A stretch of DNA of 64,000 nt. Origin: Terriglobia bacterium (lineage in GTDB: Bacteria; Acidobacteriota; Terriglobia; 20CM-2-55-15). Below the pieces are notes generated by a model. That model searched no databases. It worked only from the letters and a program-made list of their open reading frames with translations, and was not told where the DNA came from. Made by a program: the position numbers and the translations under genes. This document shows positions 31,302 through 44,314 of this stretch, piece after piece. How positions within the stretch are numbered: the stretch's first letter is position 1; each line of letters opens with the position of its first letter. The DNA lies in assembly GCA_965218585.1 (NCBI GenBank), contig CBDCLE010000024.1:96001-160000 (forward strand), read 5' to 3'.

Positions 31302-32273
31302 TCAGTACGCGTTCAGTTCTCGAGCGACCCGAACTACGTCGGACACTTTTGGCAGGAAGAACTCTTCCAGAGGCGGACTGTAGGGTACGGGAGTATCGGG
31401 TGCTGTGATCCGGCGGATAGGTCCATCCAGATGGTCAAAGGCCTCTTCAGAGATTGCGGCGGCGAGTTCACCGGAAAACCCACCCGTTTTCGTGTCCTCG
31501 TGGAGCAGGATAACTTTATTCGTTCTCTTAACGGATTCCAGTACCGTGCCTCGATCGTAAGGGAGCAGGGAACGCAGATCCACAACCTCGACGTCGATGC
31601 CTTCCTTTTCCAGTTCCTTGGCGGCATCCAGTGCCACGAAAACCATGGCGCCGTAGGTGATCACCGAAACATCCGACCCGGTGCGACGCACGGCTGCTTT
31701 TCCGATTGGAACGGTGTAGTCTTCCTCGGGCAATTCCTCCTTGATCCGTCGATACAGGAACTTGTGCTCGAAGAAAATGACGGGATCGGGATCGCGAATG
31801 GCCGCTTTCATCAGCCCCTTTGCATCGTACGCCGTTGCCGGACAGACGACTTTAAGGCCCGGAGTATGCACGAAGTACATTTCCGGGTTCTGGGAGTGGA
31901 ACGGGCCGCCGTGAACGCCACCTCCGCTAGGTCCGCGTACGACAATAGGAACGCCCGCGCCCCAACGGTAGCGGCATTTCGCCGCGAAATTCGTGATCTG
32001 ATCGAACGCGCATGAGATGAAGTCTGCGAACTGCATTTCAGCGACCGGGCGCATGCCCATCATTGCCGCTCCGATCGCAGCCCCGACGATCGCCGATTCG
32101 GATATCGGCGTATCGATGACCCTGTCTTCGCCAAACTCCTCCAGCATTCCGGCGGTCACCTTGAAGGCTCCGCCGTACACACCCACGTCCTCACCCAGAA
32201 CGAAGACGGTCTCGTCCCGGGTCATTTCTTCCCAGATGCCTTCCTTGATTGCTTCAACGTAGGTTGTTGGCAC
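31302..32273 (-). CDS. 2-oxoacid dehydrogenase E1 beta subunit
   Basis: GEDVG..GG.F, DTPISE, EMQFADF, FHSQ. Confidence 0.95.
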   Translation of the reverse strand: MPTTYVEAIKEGIWEEMTRDETVFVLGEDVGVYGGAFKVTAGMLEEFGEDRVIDTPISESAIVGAAIGAAMMGMRPVAEMQFADFISCAFDQITNFAAKCRYRWGAGVPIVVRGPSGGGVHGGPFHSQNPEMYFVHTPGLKVVCPATAYDAKGLMKAAIRDPDPVIFFEHKFLYRRIKEELPEEDYTVPIGKAAVRRTGSDVSVITYGAMVFVALDAAKELEKEGIDVEVVDLRSLLPYDRGTVLESVKRTNKVILLHEDTKTGGFSGELAAAISEEAFDHLDGPIRRITAPDTPVPYSPPLEEFFLPKVSDVVRVARELNAY

Positions 32274-32274
32274 C

Positions 32275-33291
32275 CTATTCCTCGTAGTACACGTCGGTCA
32301 GGCAGTCTTCGGGGTTTGGGTAGGGGTCTTTCTCGGCCAGGGCGACCGCTTCGTCGATTTCGCGGACAACCCTTTCGGAGAGTTTCTGAATGGCAGATTC
32401 GTCCAGTACTCCCTGCTCGGTCAGGGAAGTTTCGAATCGCTGAATCGGGTCCCGCTTTTCCCAGTCCTCGAAAAGCTTGGGTGGTACGTAGCTGGCGTTG
32501 TCATGCGCTGAATGTCCCGTCATGCGGAAACTCTTGCACTCAACCAGGCTGGGTCCTTCGCCTTTGCGGGCCAGCTCGATCGCCCCTCGAACGGCATCCC
32601 GGACAGCGACAACATCGTTTCCGTCGACGATCTCTCCCGGCATACCGTAGGCGCTGGCCCGATCGGCGACGTGTTCCACGGCCATCTGGCGATCCAACGG
32701 TGTCGAATAGGCGTACTGGTTATTGTTGCAGACGAATACGACGGGGCACTTCATGACCGTCGCCATGTTGACGCCTTCATGCCAGTCTCCTCGACTGGTG
32801 GCGCCATCGCCGAAGAAACACACGACCACCTGATTCATTTTCCGGATCTTGAATGACAGTCCAATCCCAGTTGCCACGGGCACGCTGTCGCCGAGCATGC
32901 TCACGAAAGCGATCAGGTTGCGGTCGAGCGAGCCCATGTGCATGTTGCCGTCCTTGCCCCGGGTTGGCCCGGTCTTCCGGCCCATGTACTGGGCTAGGAC
33001 TTCTCGTGCCGTCATCCCTCGCATTAGAAAGGCTGCCATGTCCCTGTGAGAGACGCTCACGACGTCGTCGTCCGCCAGATCGATGCAGGAACCGACGGTA
33101 ATGGCCTCCTGGCCACGGCCCACATATACCCCACCCACGATCTTGCCCTGACGATAGAGCTTTCTCTCGATTCGGTCCTCGAGCTCACGGGTCAGCTTCA
33201 TGTAATAGAGCATGTCGGTGAGCGGGTTGGAGGCTGATAGGCGGGAAGGCGAGGACTCTCCGACGGCCGATTGAGATTTGGTGGTTTTCAC
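32275..33291 (-). CDS. 2-oxoacid dehydrogenase E1 alpha subunit
   Basis: GQEA, TPP motif FGDGA...NNQYAYST, RMTGHSAHD. Confidence 0.95.
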   Translation of the reverse strand: MKTTKSQSAVGESSPSRLSASNPLTDMLYYMKLTRELEDRIERKLYRQGKIVGGVYVGRGQEAITVGSCIDLADDDVVSVSHRDMAAFLMRGMTAREVLAQYMGRKTGPTRGKDGNMHMGSLDRNLIAFVSMLGDSVPVATGIGLSFKIRKMNQVVVCFFGDGATSRGDWHEGVNMATVMKCPVVFVCNNNQYAYSTPLDRQMAVEHVADRASAYGMPGEIVDGNDVVAVRDAVRGAIELARKGEGPSLVECKSFRMTGHSAHDNASYVPPKLFEDWEKRDPIQRFETSLTEQGVLDESAIQKLSERVVREIDEAVALAEKDPYPNPEDCLTDVYYEE

Positions 33292-33462
33292 GGTTATACC
33301 CGCTCTCTCGAAATGGCTTCTGGGTCGGCGATCAAGGGGTCAAGATATCCTATAAAAGGGATACTTTTCAAGCCTCGCCGGACCCCTTAAAAGGTTGACA
33401 AATCGACTTTTCACATCCGCAACTATCTGGAAATGAACGCACTCGGCCCATTCCTGGAGGCC

Positions 33463-33921
33463 TCATCGCCGAGGGTCCTGCCCACCATACCGTTCCAGTA
33501 ATTCCAGGTTGAAAGGTGCATGTTCGGGATTTGGATCAAAGCCTCGGTAAATCGTGTGGCACGCGTAACAGACCGTCACTTCACCGACCAGGAGATAAAT
33601 GACCGCGTCCACCAGTGCCGTCCCTGCCAGTGCCAGCATCGCATAAAAGGCATTTGATAAGGCGAACAGGACAATGCTGGCTGCGACACCCAACACAACG
33701 ATGAATATACCGAGTGCCCGATTGAAATCCTTTTGGATGTATAGGTTATCGTGGCCACAGACAGCGCAGGCATCAACCTTCCTGCCCGCTGTGAGCGACT
33801 CGCTGGGTCGGAGGGTCGGGTCCTGACCACATTCAGGACACTTGAATTCCCTCGCTTGGGCAGGCGGCGTCTCCAGTTCCCGCTCACACCTAGAGCATTT
33901 GAAATGTATAATTTGACCCAT
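33463..33921 (-). CDS. Zn-ribbon membrane hypothetical protein
   Basis: Four CxxC pairs, QKDFNR, two TM helices; AAGAAGGA SD before ATG 33921. Confidence 0.75.
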   Translation of the reverse strand: MGQIIHFKCSRCERELETPPAQAREFKCPECGQDPTLRPSESLTAGRKVDACAVCGHDNLYIQKDFNRALGIFIVVLGVAASIVLFALSNAFYAMLALAGTALVDAVIYLLVGEVTVCYACHTIYRGFDPNPEHAPFNLELLERYGGQDPRR

Positions 33922-34762
33922 GCGAATCCTTCTTGGCGCAGCGATTATATCGCTCCTTTTCCATTCGGTGGGGGTGGCCCAGTCACTGGCGGACCTGGCG
34001 AGGCAGGAAAGGGCTCGACGCGAGAGTTCGACAGTTGAGAGCACCGTTTACACGACTGAGGGGCTTCTGGCCCAGTACGCTCAACCGATCGATCCCGAAT
34101 TGCTCGGCGCACTGGAGGGTTTGCGGGACAGCCTGCTTCAATTTGGGGCGGACGTGGCGGAGCCGACGGCTGGTTTGCTCGACGTTGGTACCGGATTGGC
34201 CGGCGGCTTGGTCGAAATGTTGGAAGCCTTCGAGGCGGGCTCGCTGGACGAGATTGAACGTTTGGAAGTCGAGCTTGACGATCCCTCCCTTTCGGGAGAA
34301 GAAAGAGCCGCACTCGAAGAAGAGCTGTCCGAGGCCCAACGCGTCCTCGCTGAAGTGCGCGCCGAACTGGTTCGGGCTCGACTCCAATCGGGTGAACTGC
34401 AGGCCGCCGAGCAGGAGTTTGAAGAGGTTCAACAGGAAATCGAGGCCGCCGGTTTCACGCCTTCGGCGGAAAACGGATCCGTACCAGCCGATGATCCAGC
34501 GGCGGCACTGATTGCATGGCAGACCGCCGTTGCCGAGCAGAGAGCGCTCGTTCAGGATCTGGAAGACAACGAAGTCCGGCAGTCGCTGGAAATCGGCCGC
34601 CTGAGGGGGCTTGTGACCGCACCGACGGGATCCCAGCAGGTGCGAAATCAGGCTCAGGTAGAGCTCGCTCTTGCTGAAAGTCAGCTGACCGATATTCGAG
34701 CAGCGCTGGATGAAACCCGGATCGAACTTGAGCGCCTGGAGGCGGATAGCCCGGAACAATAA
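33920..34762 (+). CDS. Secreted acidic coiled-coil protein
   Basis: Signal peptide + AQSLADLARQERARR motif. Confidence 0.75.
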   Translation: MRILLGAAIISLLFHSVGVAQSLADLARQERARRESSTVESTVYTTEGLLAQYAQPIDPELLGALEGLRDSLLQFGADVAEPTAGLLDVGTGLAGGLVEMLEAFEAGSLDEIERLEVELDDPSLSGEERAALEEELSEAQRVLAEVRAELVRARLQSGELQAAEQEFEEVQQEIEAAGFTPSAENGSVPADDPAAALIAWQTAVAEQRALVQDLEDNEVRQSLEIGRLRGLVTAPTGSQQVRNQAQVELALAESQLTDIRAALDETRIELERLEADSPEQ

Positions 34763-34907
34763 TCTCCTTTCGACGCCCAAGGATGTTCTCAACAGATCAA
34801 TCAAATACACTGCAGGATCGAACCGTCCCCTCCGTCCCTCCGGTGAAGAAAGTGCGACAGACGTCTTGAAGAACGGTCCCATCGGAGAATCGTCGAACGT
34901 TGGCAGG

Positions 34908-36395
34908 ATGCCCCTGATCGAGATGCGGGGCATCTCGAAGACCTTTCCTGGTGTGCACGCGCTCGACGACGTTTCCCTTGCCGTCAACGCCGGCGAAGTT
35001 CATATGCTGCTCGGGCAGAACGGTGCCGGCAAATCGACGCTGATCAAAGTTCTGTGCGGGGCGTATCCTCCCGACGCCGGCGAGTTCCTGATCGAGGGCC
35101 AGCCCGTCCGTATCCGTTCTGCCTCCGATGCCCGTCGGCTCGGCATTGCGGTGATCTTTCAGGAATTCTCGCTTGTTCCATACCTCAATATCGCCCAGAA
35201 CATCTTTCTGGGAAGGGAGTTTCAGGGACGGTTTCCGGGCCTTGTCGATCAACGCCGGCTGCATTCTGAGGCAGAGACCCTGCTCGACGCTCTGGGTATG
35301 AAACTCGACACGCGGATGAAGGCTGCCCAGTTGGGTGTGGCACAGCAGCAGATGGTCGAGATCGCCAAGGCGCTGTCCCAGAACGCCCGGATCCTGGTGA
35401 TGGACGAGCCCACTGCAGCGATTTCCGGTCACGAGATCGAGCGGTTGTTCGAACGTATCGAAAAGCTAAAGCAAGATGGCATTGCGATTATTTACATCTC
35501 TCACCGGTTGAGCGAGGTCTTTGCGATCGGAGACAAGATCACCGTGCTCCGCGATGGCCGCAATGTCGCGTCGCCCGAACCTGGAGAGACGAACATGGAA
35601 GAGTTGGTGCGCCTGATGGTGGGCCGTGAAGTTGATCCGATGAGCCGCCGAAGCGCTTCCGACGAGCCCGGCGAGACCGTGCTCGAGGTACTGAACCTCA
35701 AGGCTGTGAACGGCATTCAGGACGCAAACCTCAGTGTCAGGGCGGGTGAGATAGTCGGGCTCGCGGGTCTGGTTGGGGCGGGGAGAAGCGAACTTGCACG
35801 CGCTATTTTCGGTGCCGAGCGAGTTGTCGGTGGTGAAGTGAGGTTGGAAGGCGAGGCCTTAAAGGGTAATCCGGCCGACGCAGTTCGCCGTGGAGTGGGC
35901 CTTGTTCCTGAAAACCGCAAAGAAGAAGGCCTGGCTATGATCCGTTCCGTTCAGGACAACTTGCTGGTTGCGGGCCTGGGCGAACTGTTTCCTAGCCGGT
36001 GGTACGGGTTCAGGAAGGCAGCCCGGGTTGTTGCCGGATTGATCGACCAACTCAAAGTCGTAACACCCTCACCGCGAAGGCTGGCGAAGTTTTTGAGCGG
36101 TGGCAATCAACAGAAAGTGGTCATCGGAAAGTGGCTCAGCCGCAGCACACGGCTTTACATTTTTGACGAGCCCACGCGTGGCATCGATGTGGGTGCAAAG
36201 GCAGAGATTTTCAGCCTCATGGAAAAGCTCGTAGCCAAGGGTTCTGCCGTTCTCATGATCAGCTCTGAGCTTCCCGAGATTGTTTCCCTCTGTGATCGGG
36301 CTTATGTCATGCGCGATAAGAGAATCGTTGGAGAGCTCCGACGCAAGGAATTGACAGAGGAGAACATACTCAAACTGGCGATGCACCATGGGTGA
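34908..36395 (+). CDS. Sugar ABC transporter ATP-binding protein (RbsA-like)
   Basis: GQNGAGKST, DEPT twice, LSGGNQQK. Confidence 0.93.
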   Translation: MPLIEMRGISKTFPGVHALDDVSLAVNAGEVHMLLGQNGAGKSTLIKVLCGAYPPDAGEFLIEGQPVRIRSASDARRLGIAVIFQEFSLVPYLNIAQNIFLGREFQGRFPGLVDQRRLHSEAETLLDALGMKLDTRMKAAQLGVAQQQMVEIAKALSQNARILVMDEPTAAISGHEIERLFERIEKLKQDGIAIIYISHRLSEVFAIGDKITVLRDGRNVASPEPGETNMEELVRLMVGREVDPMSRRSASDEPGETVLEVLNLKAVNGIQDANLSVRAGEIVGLAGLVGAGRSELARAIFGAERVVGGEVRLEGEALKGNPADAVRRGVGLVPENRKEEGLAMIRSVQDNLLVAGLGELFPSRWYGFRKAARVVAGLIDQLKVVTPSPRRLAKFLSGGNQQKVVIGKWLSRSTRLYIFDEPTRGIDVGAKAEIFSLMEKLVAKGSAVLMISSELPEIVSLCDRAYVMRDKRIVGELRRKELTEENILKLAMHHG

Positions 36396-37365
36396 AACCT
36401 CTTCCGTTCGAGTCAACCCCGGCGCGGGCAACTCGGGCCCGATCGCACGCATGGCCGCGATCCCGGGCGTTGCCTACCTTTTGGTTTTGCTGTTTATCGT
36501 CTTTTCTGTCTTCGGCCCCCGCTTCGCTTCTGTTCCGAATCTGATGAACATCGGAACGCAGTCTTCCATCCTTCTGTTGCTGGCGCTGCCCATGACGCTG
36601 ATCATCATGGCTGAAGGGCTCGATCTTTCCGTTGGCGCGGTGCTAGGGTTGGCTGGCATCGTTCTGGCGATGGTGCTCGTAGCGGGATACGGGATTCCGG
36701 TCGCGCTTCTGGCGGCTGTGCTGGTGGGCCTTACCTTCGGAATCGTCAACGGAGTGCTGGTGACCTCTCTGATGATGCCGCCGTTTGTCGTTACTCTGGG
36801 AACGCTGGGCGTCGCTCAGGGCGCAGCGCTGGCGGTGACTGACGGGAGCAGTGTCGTCGGGATTGGTCTGGAATTGCCCATGCTCTACGCCAGCACCTGG
36901 CTGGGTCTCCCTTTTTCAGTGATCGTGGCGGGAGTCGTCTACGTTGTTTTTCATTTTGTCCTCTACCACACACGGTTCGGCACCTATGTTTTCGCAATTG
37001 GCGGGAACAGCGAAGCATTGATGCTTGCCGGCGTGCCCGTAAAGCTGTATCACGTATCGATCTATGCTCTCGGAGGATTGATGGCGGGGTTTGGAGCCCT
37101 CCTTTTGACTGGCCGCATGAATTCGGGACACCCGACGGCGGCTATCGGCATGGAGTTTGACGCGATCGCCGCGGTCGTGGTCGGAGGCACGCGTTTCGAG
37201 CATGGCGACGGTTGGCTGGGAGGAACAGTTCTGGGAGTACTCGCTGTCGGCGTATTGAAGAACGGACTCAACGTTATGGCCGTGCCGTCCTCGTTGCAGG
37301 TTGCCAGCATTGGGTTGCTGGTAATCGTCGCGTTGCTTATCGATTCGATCCGGGGACGATCATGA
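36388..37365 (+). CDS. Sugar ABC transporter permease
   Basis: GLDLSVG, PPFVVTLG, EFDAIAAVVVGG. Confidence 0.92.
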   Translation: MGETSSVRVNPGAGNSGPIARMAAIPGVAYLLVLLFIVFSVFGPRFASVPNLMNIGTQSSILLLLALPMTLIIMAEGLDLSVGAVLGLAGIVLAMVLVAGYGIPVALLAAVLVGLTFGIVNGVLVTSLMMPPFVVTLGTLGVAQGAALAVTDGSSVVGIGLELPMLYASTWLGLPFSVIVAGVVYVVFHFVLYHTRFGTYVFAIGGNSEALMLAGVPVKLYHVSIYALGGLMAGFGALLLTGRMNSGHPTAAIGMEFDAIAAVVVGGTRFEHGDGWLGGTVLGVLAVGVLKNGLNVMAVPSSLQVASIGLLVIVALLIDSIRGRS

Positions 37366-38342
37366 ACCAGACCCACACAGCCGCTGTGCATCAGGTCGGC
37401 CTTTCAGTGCATATTCCTGCGATCGGATACCGATTGCTGGGCGTCCTGGCGCTGGGATTGGTTCTTGCCCTTTCGACCGACGCTTTTCTGACTGCGGCCA
37501 ACCTGCTCAACGTTTTGCGTCAGGCAAGCCTGATTTTCCTGATCGGATCCGGCCTGACGCTGGTCATCGTGACTGCAGGTCTCGATTTGTCGGTAGGTGC
37601 GAACCTCGGGTTGAGTGCATGTCTGGCGGCATCTGCGATTCAGGCGACAGGATCGATCATGCTGGGTATTGCGGCAGGGTTGGCCTGTGGTCTGCTGATC
37701 GGGGTTCTGAACGGGTTCATGGTCACGTTGTTGAGGCTTCCGCCGTTCATTGCGACGTACGGCATGCTTTGGATGGTGTACGGAATCAATTACTGGTACA
37801 TGGCCGGATCGACTATTTACGACTTTCCGCCGGGATTCCGAAACATCGGTAGCGGCTACCTGCTGGGTGTCCCGATCCCTGTCTATCTCATGGGTTTGTG
37901 CATCCTTGTGGGCGGGTTGTTCACACGCTACACTACCTACGGCCACGATGTGTATGCGATCGGAGCCAACCGGGAGGCCGCACGTTTGTCCGGCGTTCCG
38001 GTGCGTTCCCGACTCATGCTCGTGTACACATTAAGTGGTGCGATGGCAGGTCTGAGCGGCATCGTTTACCTGGCGCGGCTCAATTCTGCCGAAGCCGGCA
38101 TGGGCGAATCCCTCCTGCTGCCCGCTATTGCTGCCGTGCTGATCGGCGGTACATCCCTTTTTGGCGGTGTCGGGAGCCTGGTGGGCACGTTTGTTGGTGC
38201 GCTAATCCTGACCCTGGCACTGAACGGTATGAACCTGCTGACGATTGACGCCAACTGGCAGCCTCTCATCACAGGGGTTATCGTGTTGCTGGCAGCATGG
38301 ATCGATGCTTCGAGCCGAAGACGGGCCGAAGCCCGTGCTTAA
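37362..38342 (+). CDS. Sugar ABC transporter permease
   Basis: GLDLSVG, PPFIAT, AIAAVLIGGTSL. Confidence 0.92.
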   Translation: MNQTHTAAVHQVGLSVHIPAIGYRLLGVLALGLVLALSTDAFLTAANLLNVLRQASLIFLIGSGLTLVIVTAGLDLSVGANLGLSACLAASAIQATGSIMLGIAAGLACGLLIGVLNGFMVTLLRLPPFIATYGMLWMVYGINYWYMAGSTIYDFPPGFRNIGSGYLLGVPIPVYLMGLCILVGGLFTRYTTYGHDVYAIGANREAARLSGVPVRSRLMLVYTLSGAMAGLSGIVYLARLNSAEAGMGESLLLPAIAAVLIGGTSLFGGVGSLVGTFVGALILTLALNGMNLLTIDANWQPLITGVIVLLAAWIDASSRRRAEARA

Positions 38343-38382
38343 GACAGCTGATAGCTAAATCGAATAGAAAGAGGAGAAATCC

Positions 38383-39384
38383 ATGAAAGACGCATGGCTC
38401 CAAAAGCTCACGGTCGCAGTCCTCCTCGCTGGAGTTCTGGGTTCGTGCGCTACCGGCGATGAAGGCGCGGATGGTGCGGCTACGGAAGGAAACGAAACCC
38501 TGGCCGTTTTCACGAAAAACCAGATCAATCCGTTCTTTGAGGCCGTACGTGTGGGTGCTGAAAGAGGGGCAGCAGGGATGAACGCCAACGTCGTGCAGTA
38601 CGTGCCCACCAGACCGGACAGCATTCCTGAGCAGATGAGCCAGGTTGAGGACGTTGCCATCAGCAGGCCCGATGCGGTCGTCTTCACTCCGGTCGACTCC
38701 CAGGCGATGGTTCCCGGGGTCTTGATGATGAACGTTGCCGAGATACCGGTGATCAACATCACGGATCCTGTTCTGGGTGGAGATGTCGTTACTTTCATGG
38801 GCTGCGACGAATTCACTCTCGCACTGAGCACCGGACGTTTCATTCTGGAAAGAATGGGCGGGGAGGGGAACGTCATCATCCTCGAGGGCGTGGGTGGTTC
38901 GCTCAACAGCATCAATCGCGTGGGCGGTTTCGTGGCGGCGATCGAAGAGTTCCCGGATGTCACGTTGCTGACTTCGCAACCCGGCAATTTCCAGAGGTTG
39001 CAGGCGCTCCAGGTGATGGAAAACCTCCTTCAGACCTACCCCGAGATCGATGGCGTTCTTGCTGCCAACGACTCCATGGCATTGGGTGCAATCGAGGCTA
39101 TGGATGCCGCCAACAGGGCAGCACTCGTGGTCGGTCTCAACGGCACGAAGGAAGCGGTCGACGCGATAAAGGAAGGAAGTCTACTGGCGTCGGGCGACTG
39201 TGATCCTTTCCTGCATGGCTGCCTTGGTTCAATGGCCGCGGTGAGACATCTGCGCAACCTTCCGGTGCCCGAGGAGTTCCACTTTCCCATTACGGTCATC
39301 GAAGAGGGCAACTACGAACCCTTTGATGTGTTCCTGGAGGACAAGATCTGCCCGGCGTGGGAGAGTATCGTGGGTTCGGAGTAG
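38383..39384 (+). CDS. Sugar ABC transporter substrate-binding lipoprotein
   Basis: Lipobox LGSC, NPFF, AANDSMALGA. Confidence 0.92.
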   Translation: MKDAWLQKLTVAVLLAGVLGSCATGDEGADGAATEGNETLAVFTKNQINPFFEAVRVGAERGAAGMNANVVQYVPTRPDSIPEQMSQVEDVAISRPDAVVFTPVDSQAMVPGVLMMNVAEIPVINITDPVLGGDVVTFMGCDEFTLALSTGRFILERMGGEGNVIILEGVGGSLNSINRVGGFVAAIEEFPDVTLLTSQPGNFQRLQALQVMENLLQTYPEIDGVLAANDSMALGAIEAMDAANRAALVVGLNGTKEAVDAIKEGSLLASGDCDPFLHGCLGSMAAVRHLRNLPVPEEFHFPITVIEEGNYEPFDVFLEDKICPAWESIVGSE

Positions 39385-39402
39385 AGTTTACCGCTGCACC
39401 AG

Positions 39403-40200
39403 TTACTGGTCTTCTGATCCAAAAACTTCCTGGAAGTAGAAGAAATCCTGCGTGTCCACGCAGATGGATTCCCGGATGCGATCATCCGGTGGCCGCCGTC
39501 TCAAGGTTACAGTTCTTATCCAAGGACCGGCCAGAACGTTGGGGTCCTCGACCGTGGCCTCGTACTCGAGCGTGTCGGCATCGCTCAGCCAGTAGCGCTC
39601 CACGACATGCAGGTCTTCGGTGTGAAACGTTCCCAGCGATTGAAGCCACGTTTCATCGTTGAACCCGATCACATCGACAACCAGAGTGTCTCCATCCCAT
39701 TCGCCGACCGAGTCGCCCATGAACGTCGGAAACCAGTCATCAGGGTGATCTCGTCCATCGGTCGGGATTATGCGGAACCTGTGTTCGGCTTCATAAAGGA
39801 TGATGATCTCGTCCGGGATCTGGACGATCCTCAGAGGGTTCGGGCCTCCAGTCTGGCGGGGAAGGCCTCGAGGTATGCAACGCAGGCTCGGGTCGTCTGC
39901 TTCGGTGAATTCCCGAACCCGTTCCAGGGCTTCCGGTGTGTAGGGAAGACCTCCACCCGGATTGGCGATTCTGTTGGCCGAGGTTCTTTCTTCCCTTTCG
40001 AGAGTGAAGTTCGATATGTCGAGCGTATTGGTCTGCCAAATGCCCGAGAGATCGGGCCTGCCGTCACCGGCTCTGGGAATCGGCCCAGCCCCATTGTCGG
40101 CAAGCTCTTGGGGCGCCGCCCAGACGTTGCCCGATGTCGGAAAAAATACGAGAACCGCCCACACTGCAAATATCGCCGTAACAATAGCAAGACGTTTCAT
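39403..40200 (-). CDS. Secreted hypothetical protein (DUF6152 partner family)
   Basis: DGRPDLSGIW, DDPSLRCIPRG, MGDSVGEWDGDTLVVD. Confidence 0.8.
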   Translation of the reverse strand: MKRLAIVTAIFAVWAVLVFFPTSGNVWAAPQELADNGAGPIPRAGDGRPDLSGIWQTNTLDISNFTLEREERTSANRIANPGGGLPYTPEALERVREFTEADDPSLRCIPRGLPRQTGGPNPLRIVQIPDEIIILYEAEHRFRIIPTDGRDHPDDWFPTFMGDSVGEWDGDTLVVDVIGFNDETWLQSLGTFHTEDLHVVERYWLSDADTLEYEATVEDPNVLAGPWIRTVTLRRRPPDDRIRESICVDTQDFFYFQEVFGSEDQ

Positions 40201-40237
40201 TTCACTAACTCCTCGGAATCGTCTGGAAATCTGCTAG

Positions 40238-41974
40238 CCCGCATATTTCACCGATAGGACCAGAAAAGGCCGCCCTGTCTGGCATAAAGCGTTTTGAAAT
40301 AAACGTTTAACAAGCCAAACGGAGACGGCCCTTATGAGAACAGAGTGTAACCAAACGACGTTCGAATTTCACGGACTTCTTCAACGAAAAGTGAAGGCGC
40401 GTTTTGACGGCGGAAAGATCACCTCCGACGCTGGGGTTCTGCTGTTGAGGGAAGTGGAAAAGCGAACGGGTCTGATCGCCGGACTGGCCGAGTGTTTCAG
40501 GGATTACCGGGACGCGAGGTTGATCGAACACACGGTGAGCGAGTTATTGGGGCAGCGCGTCTACGGACTCTGTCTGGGCTACGAGGATCTGAACGATCAT
40601 GACCAACTGCGGACCGATCCGATGCTGGCCGTGGCGGTGGATAAGGCCGATCCACTGGGGGAGAAGCGGCGGCAGGCCCGAGACCGGGGAAAAGCGTTGG
40701 CGGGCAAGTGTACGCTGAACCGGTTGGAACTGACCGGGGAGCAAGTCGATGGGAAGGAGCGGTACAAGAAGATGGCCATGGACCCGGACAAGATCGACCG
40801 CTGGATGGTGGATGCATTTGTGGCGGCTCACGGATCGGCGCCCGAGGAGATTGTTCTGGACCTGGATGCGACCGATGATCCGATCCATGGCCATCAGGAA
40901 GGACGGTTCTTTCACGGCTACTACGGCAACTACTGTTATCTGCCGCTCTACATCTTTTCGGGAGAGCATCTGCTATGCGCCCGGTTGCGGTGCTCCAATG
41001 TCGACGGTGCGGACGGCGCCGTCGAGGAATTGAACCGCATCATCGGCCAGATCCGGCAGAGCTGGCCGGAGGTGTCGATTATCATCCGGGCCGACTCGGG
41101 CTTTTGCCGGGATGAATTGCTGAGTTGGTGCGAGGCCCACCAGGTCGATTACGTGGTGGGTCTGGCCAAGAACGATCGGCTCAAGCGCGAGATCGCTGAA
41201 TCGATGAGTCAGGCCGAAGCCGAGTTTAACGACACCGGGAAACCGGCGCGGGTGTTTAACGATTTCCGGTATCGCACTCGGAAGAGCTGGACCTGCACCC
41301 GACGCGTCATCGGCAAGGCCGAGTTCCTGGAGAAAGGCGCCAATCCTCGATTCGTTGTGACCTCACTGTCGCCGGAACGCCTGGACGCCCGCGCCCTCTA
41401 TGAAGACTTTTACTGTGCGCGGGGCGACATGGAAAATCGCATCAAGGAACAGCAGTTGGATCTATTCGCCGACCGGACCAGCGCGGCAACCATGCGCGCC
41501 AATCAACTCCGGCTCTATCTGTCCTCGGCCGCCTACATGCTCCTGCACGCGTTACGCCGTCTGGGACTGAAGAATACCGATCTGGCCCGCGCTCAGTGCC
41601 AGACGATCCGCTTGAAGCTCCTCAAGATCGGAGCTCAAGTCCGTCTGACGGTTCGCAACATCTGGATCTCCATGTCGGAAGCCTATCCCTACGCCGAGGT
41701 CTTTGCCCTCGTCCATCGAAACCTGCAGGCGCTTCCTCTGCGCTGCTGAGAACCGACCCGATCCCCTGCGCCAAAATCGACTCGCTCTTTTCGGCTCCGC
41801 CGAGGTTTGTCTCAGTGCGTTTCGTCACCCTCTTCTGAACCCGAAAACGCAGCAACTCCCGCTTGTCGACACCGCCGAGTCACGCCACACATGCCCAATT
41901 CGAACCCAGATCCTCCCGAATCCGATTCTTACTGCCCAAATCCCCCTGATCGCCGGACTGGTGAAACATGCGGG
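40238..41974 (+). mobile_element. IS1380-family element, transposase 40334-41749
   Basis: 1737 bp, CTAG duplication. Confidence 0.97.
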
Positions 41975-42042
41975 CTAGCCCGATGTAGGCAGCCGATCCT
42001 TGTCTTTTCTCTGCGTCTCTGCGCCTCTGCGTTCTGTCCCTC

Positions 42043-44116
<2,074 letters not shown>

Positions 44117-44183
44117 ACTGAATAGTTGATAATTGCCTGAATCGACGACAAACACAAGAGGCGTTGCGGTATACGTACGTGAA

Positions 44184-44243
44184 CTGTAGGTGCGGTCTGT
44201 GACCGCACAAATTATTTTGTGCGCTCATAGAGCGCACCTACAG
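44184..44243. repeat. Inverted pair of GTAG-type REPs (REPIN/BIME-like)
   Basis: ctGTAGgtgcggtc-tgt-gaccgcacaa ... ttgtgcgctc-ata-gagcgcacCTACag. Confidence 0.8.
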
Positions 44244-44254
44244 AAGAAGGTTCC

Positions 44255-44293
44255 AAAAAAAAAGGCCCATCGCAGGTTCTGCGATGGGCCTTT
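44255..44293 (-). terminator. Rho-independent terminator after the iscA/erpA gene
   Basis: aaaggcccatcgcag-gtt-ctgcgatgggccttt with a long T-run on the minus strand. Confidence 0.85.
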
Positions 44294-44314
44294 CTGTTAA
44301 CCGGCACTCAGGTT

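Noticed and set aside
33983-34987. 334-aa minus-strand ORF and the N-terminal extension of the ABC ATPase from 34710
   Set aside because: Shadow or overlap of real plus-strand genes; ATPase homology starts at 34908.
42010-42035. ctctgcgtctctgcgcctctgcg repeat (also near 29072)
   Set aside because: Short dispersed simple repeat near IS1380 sites; too little evidence for a function.
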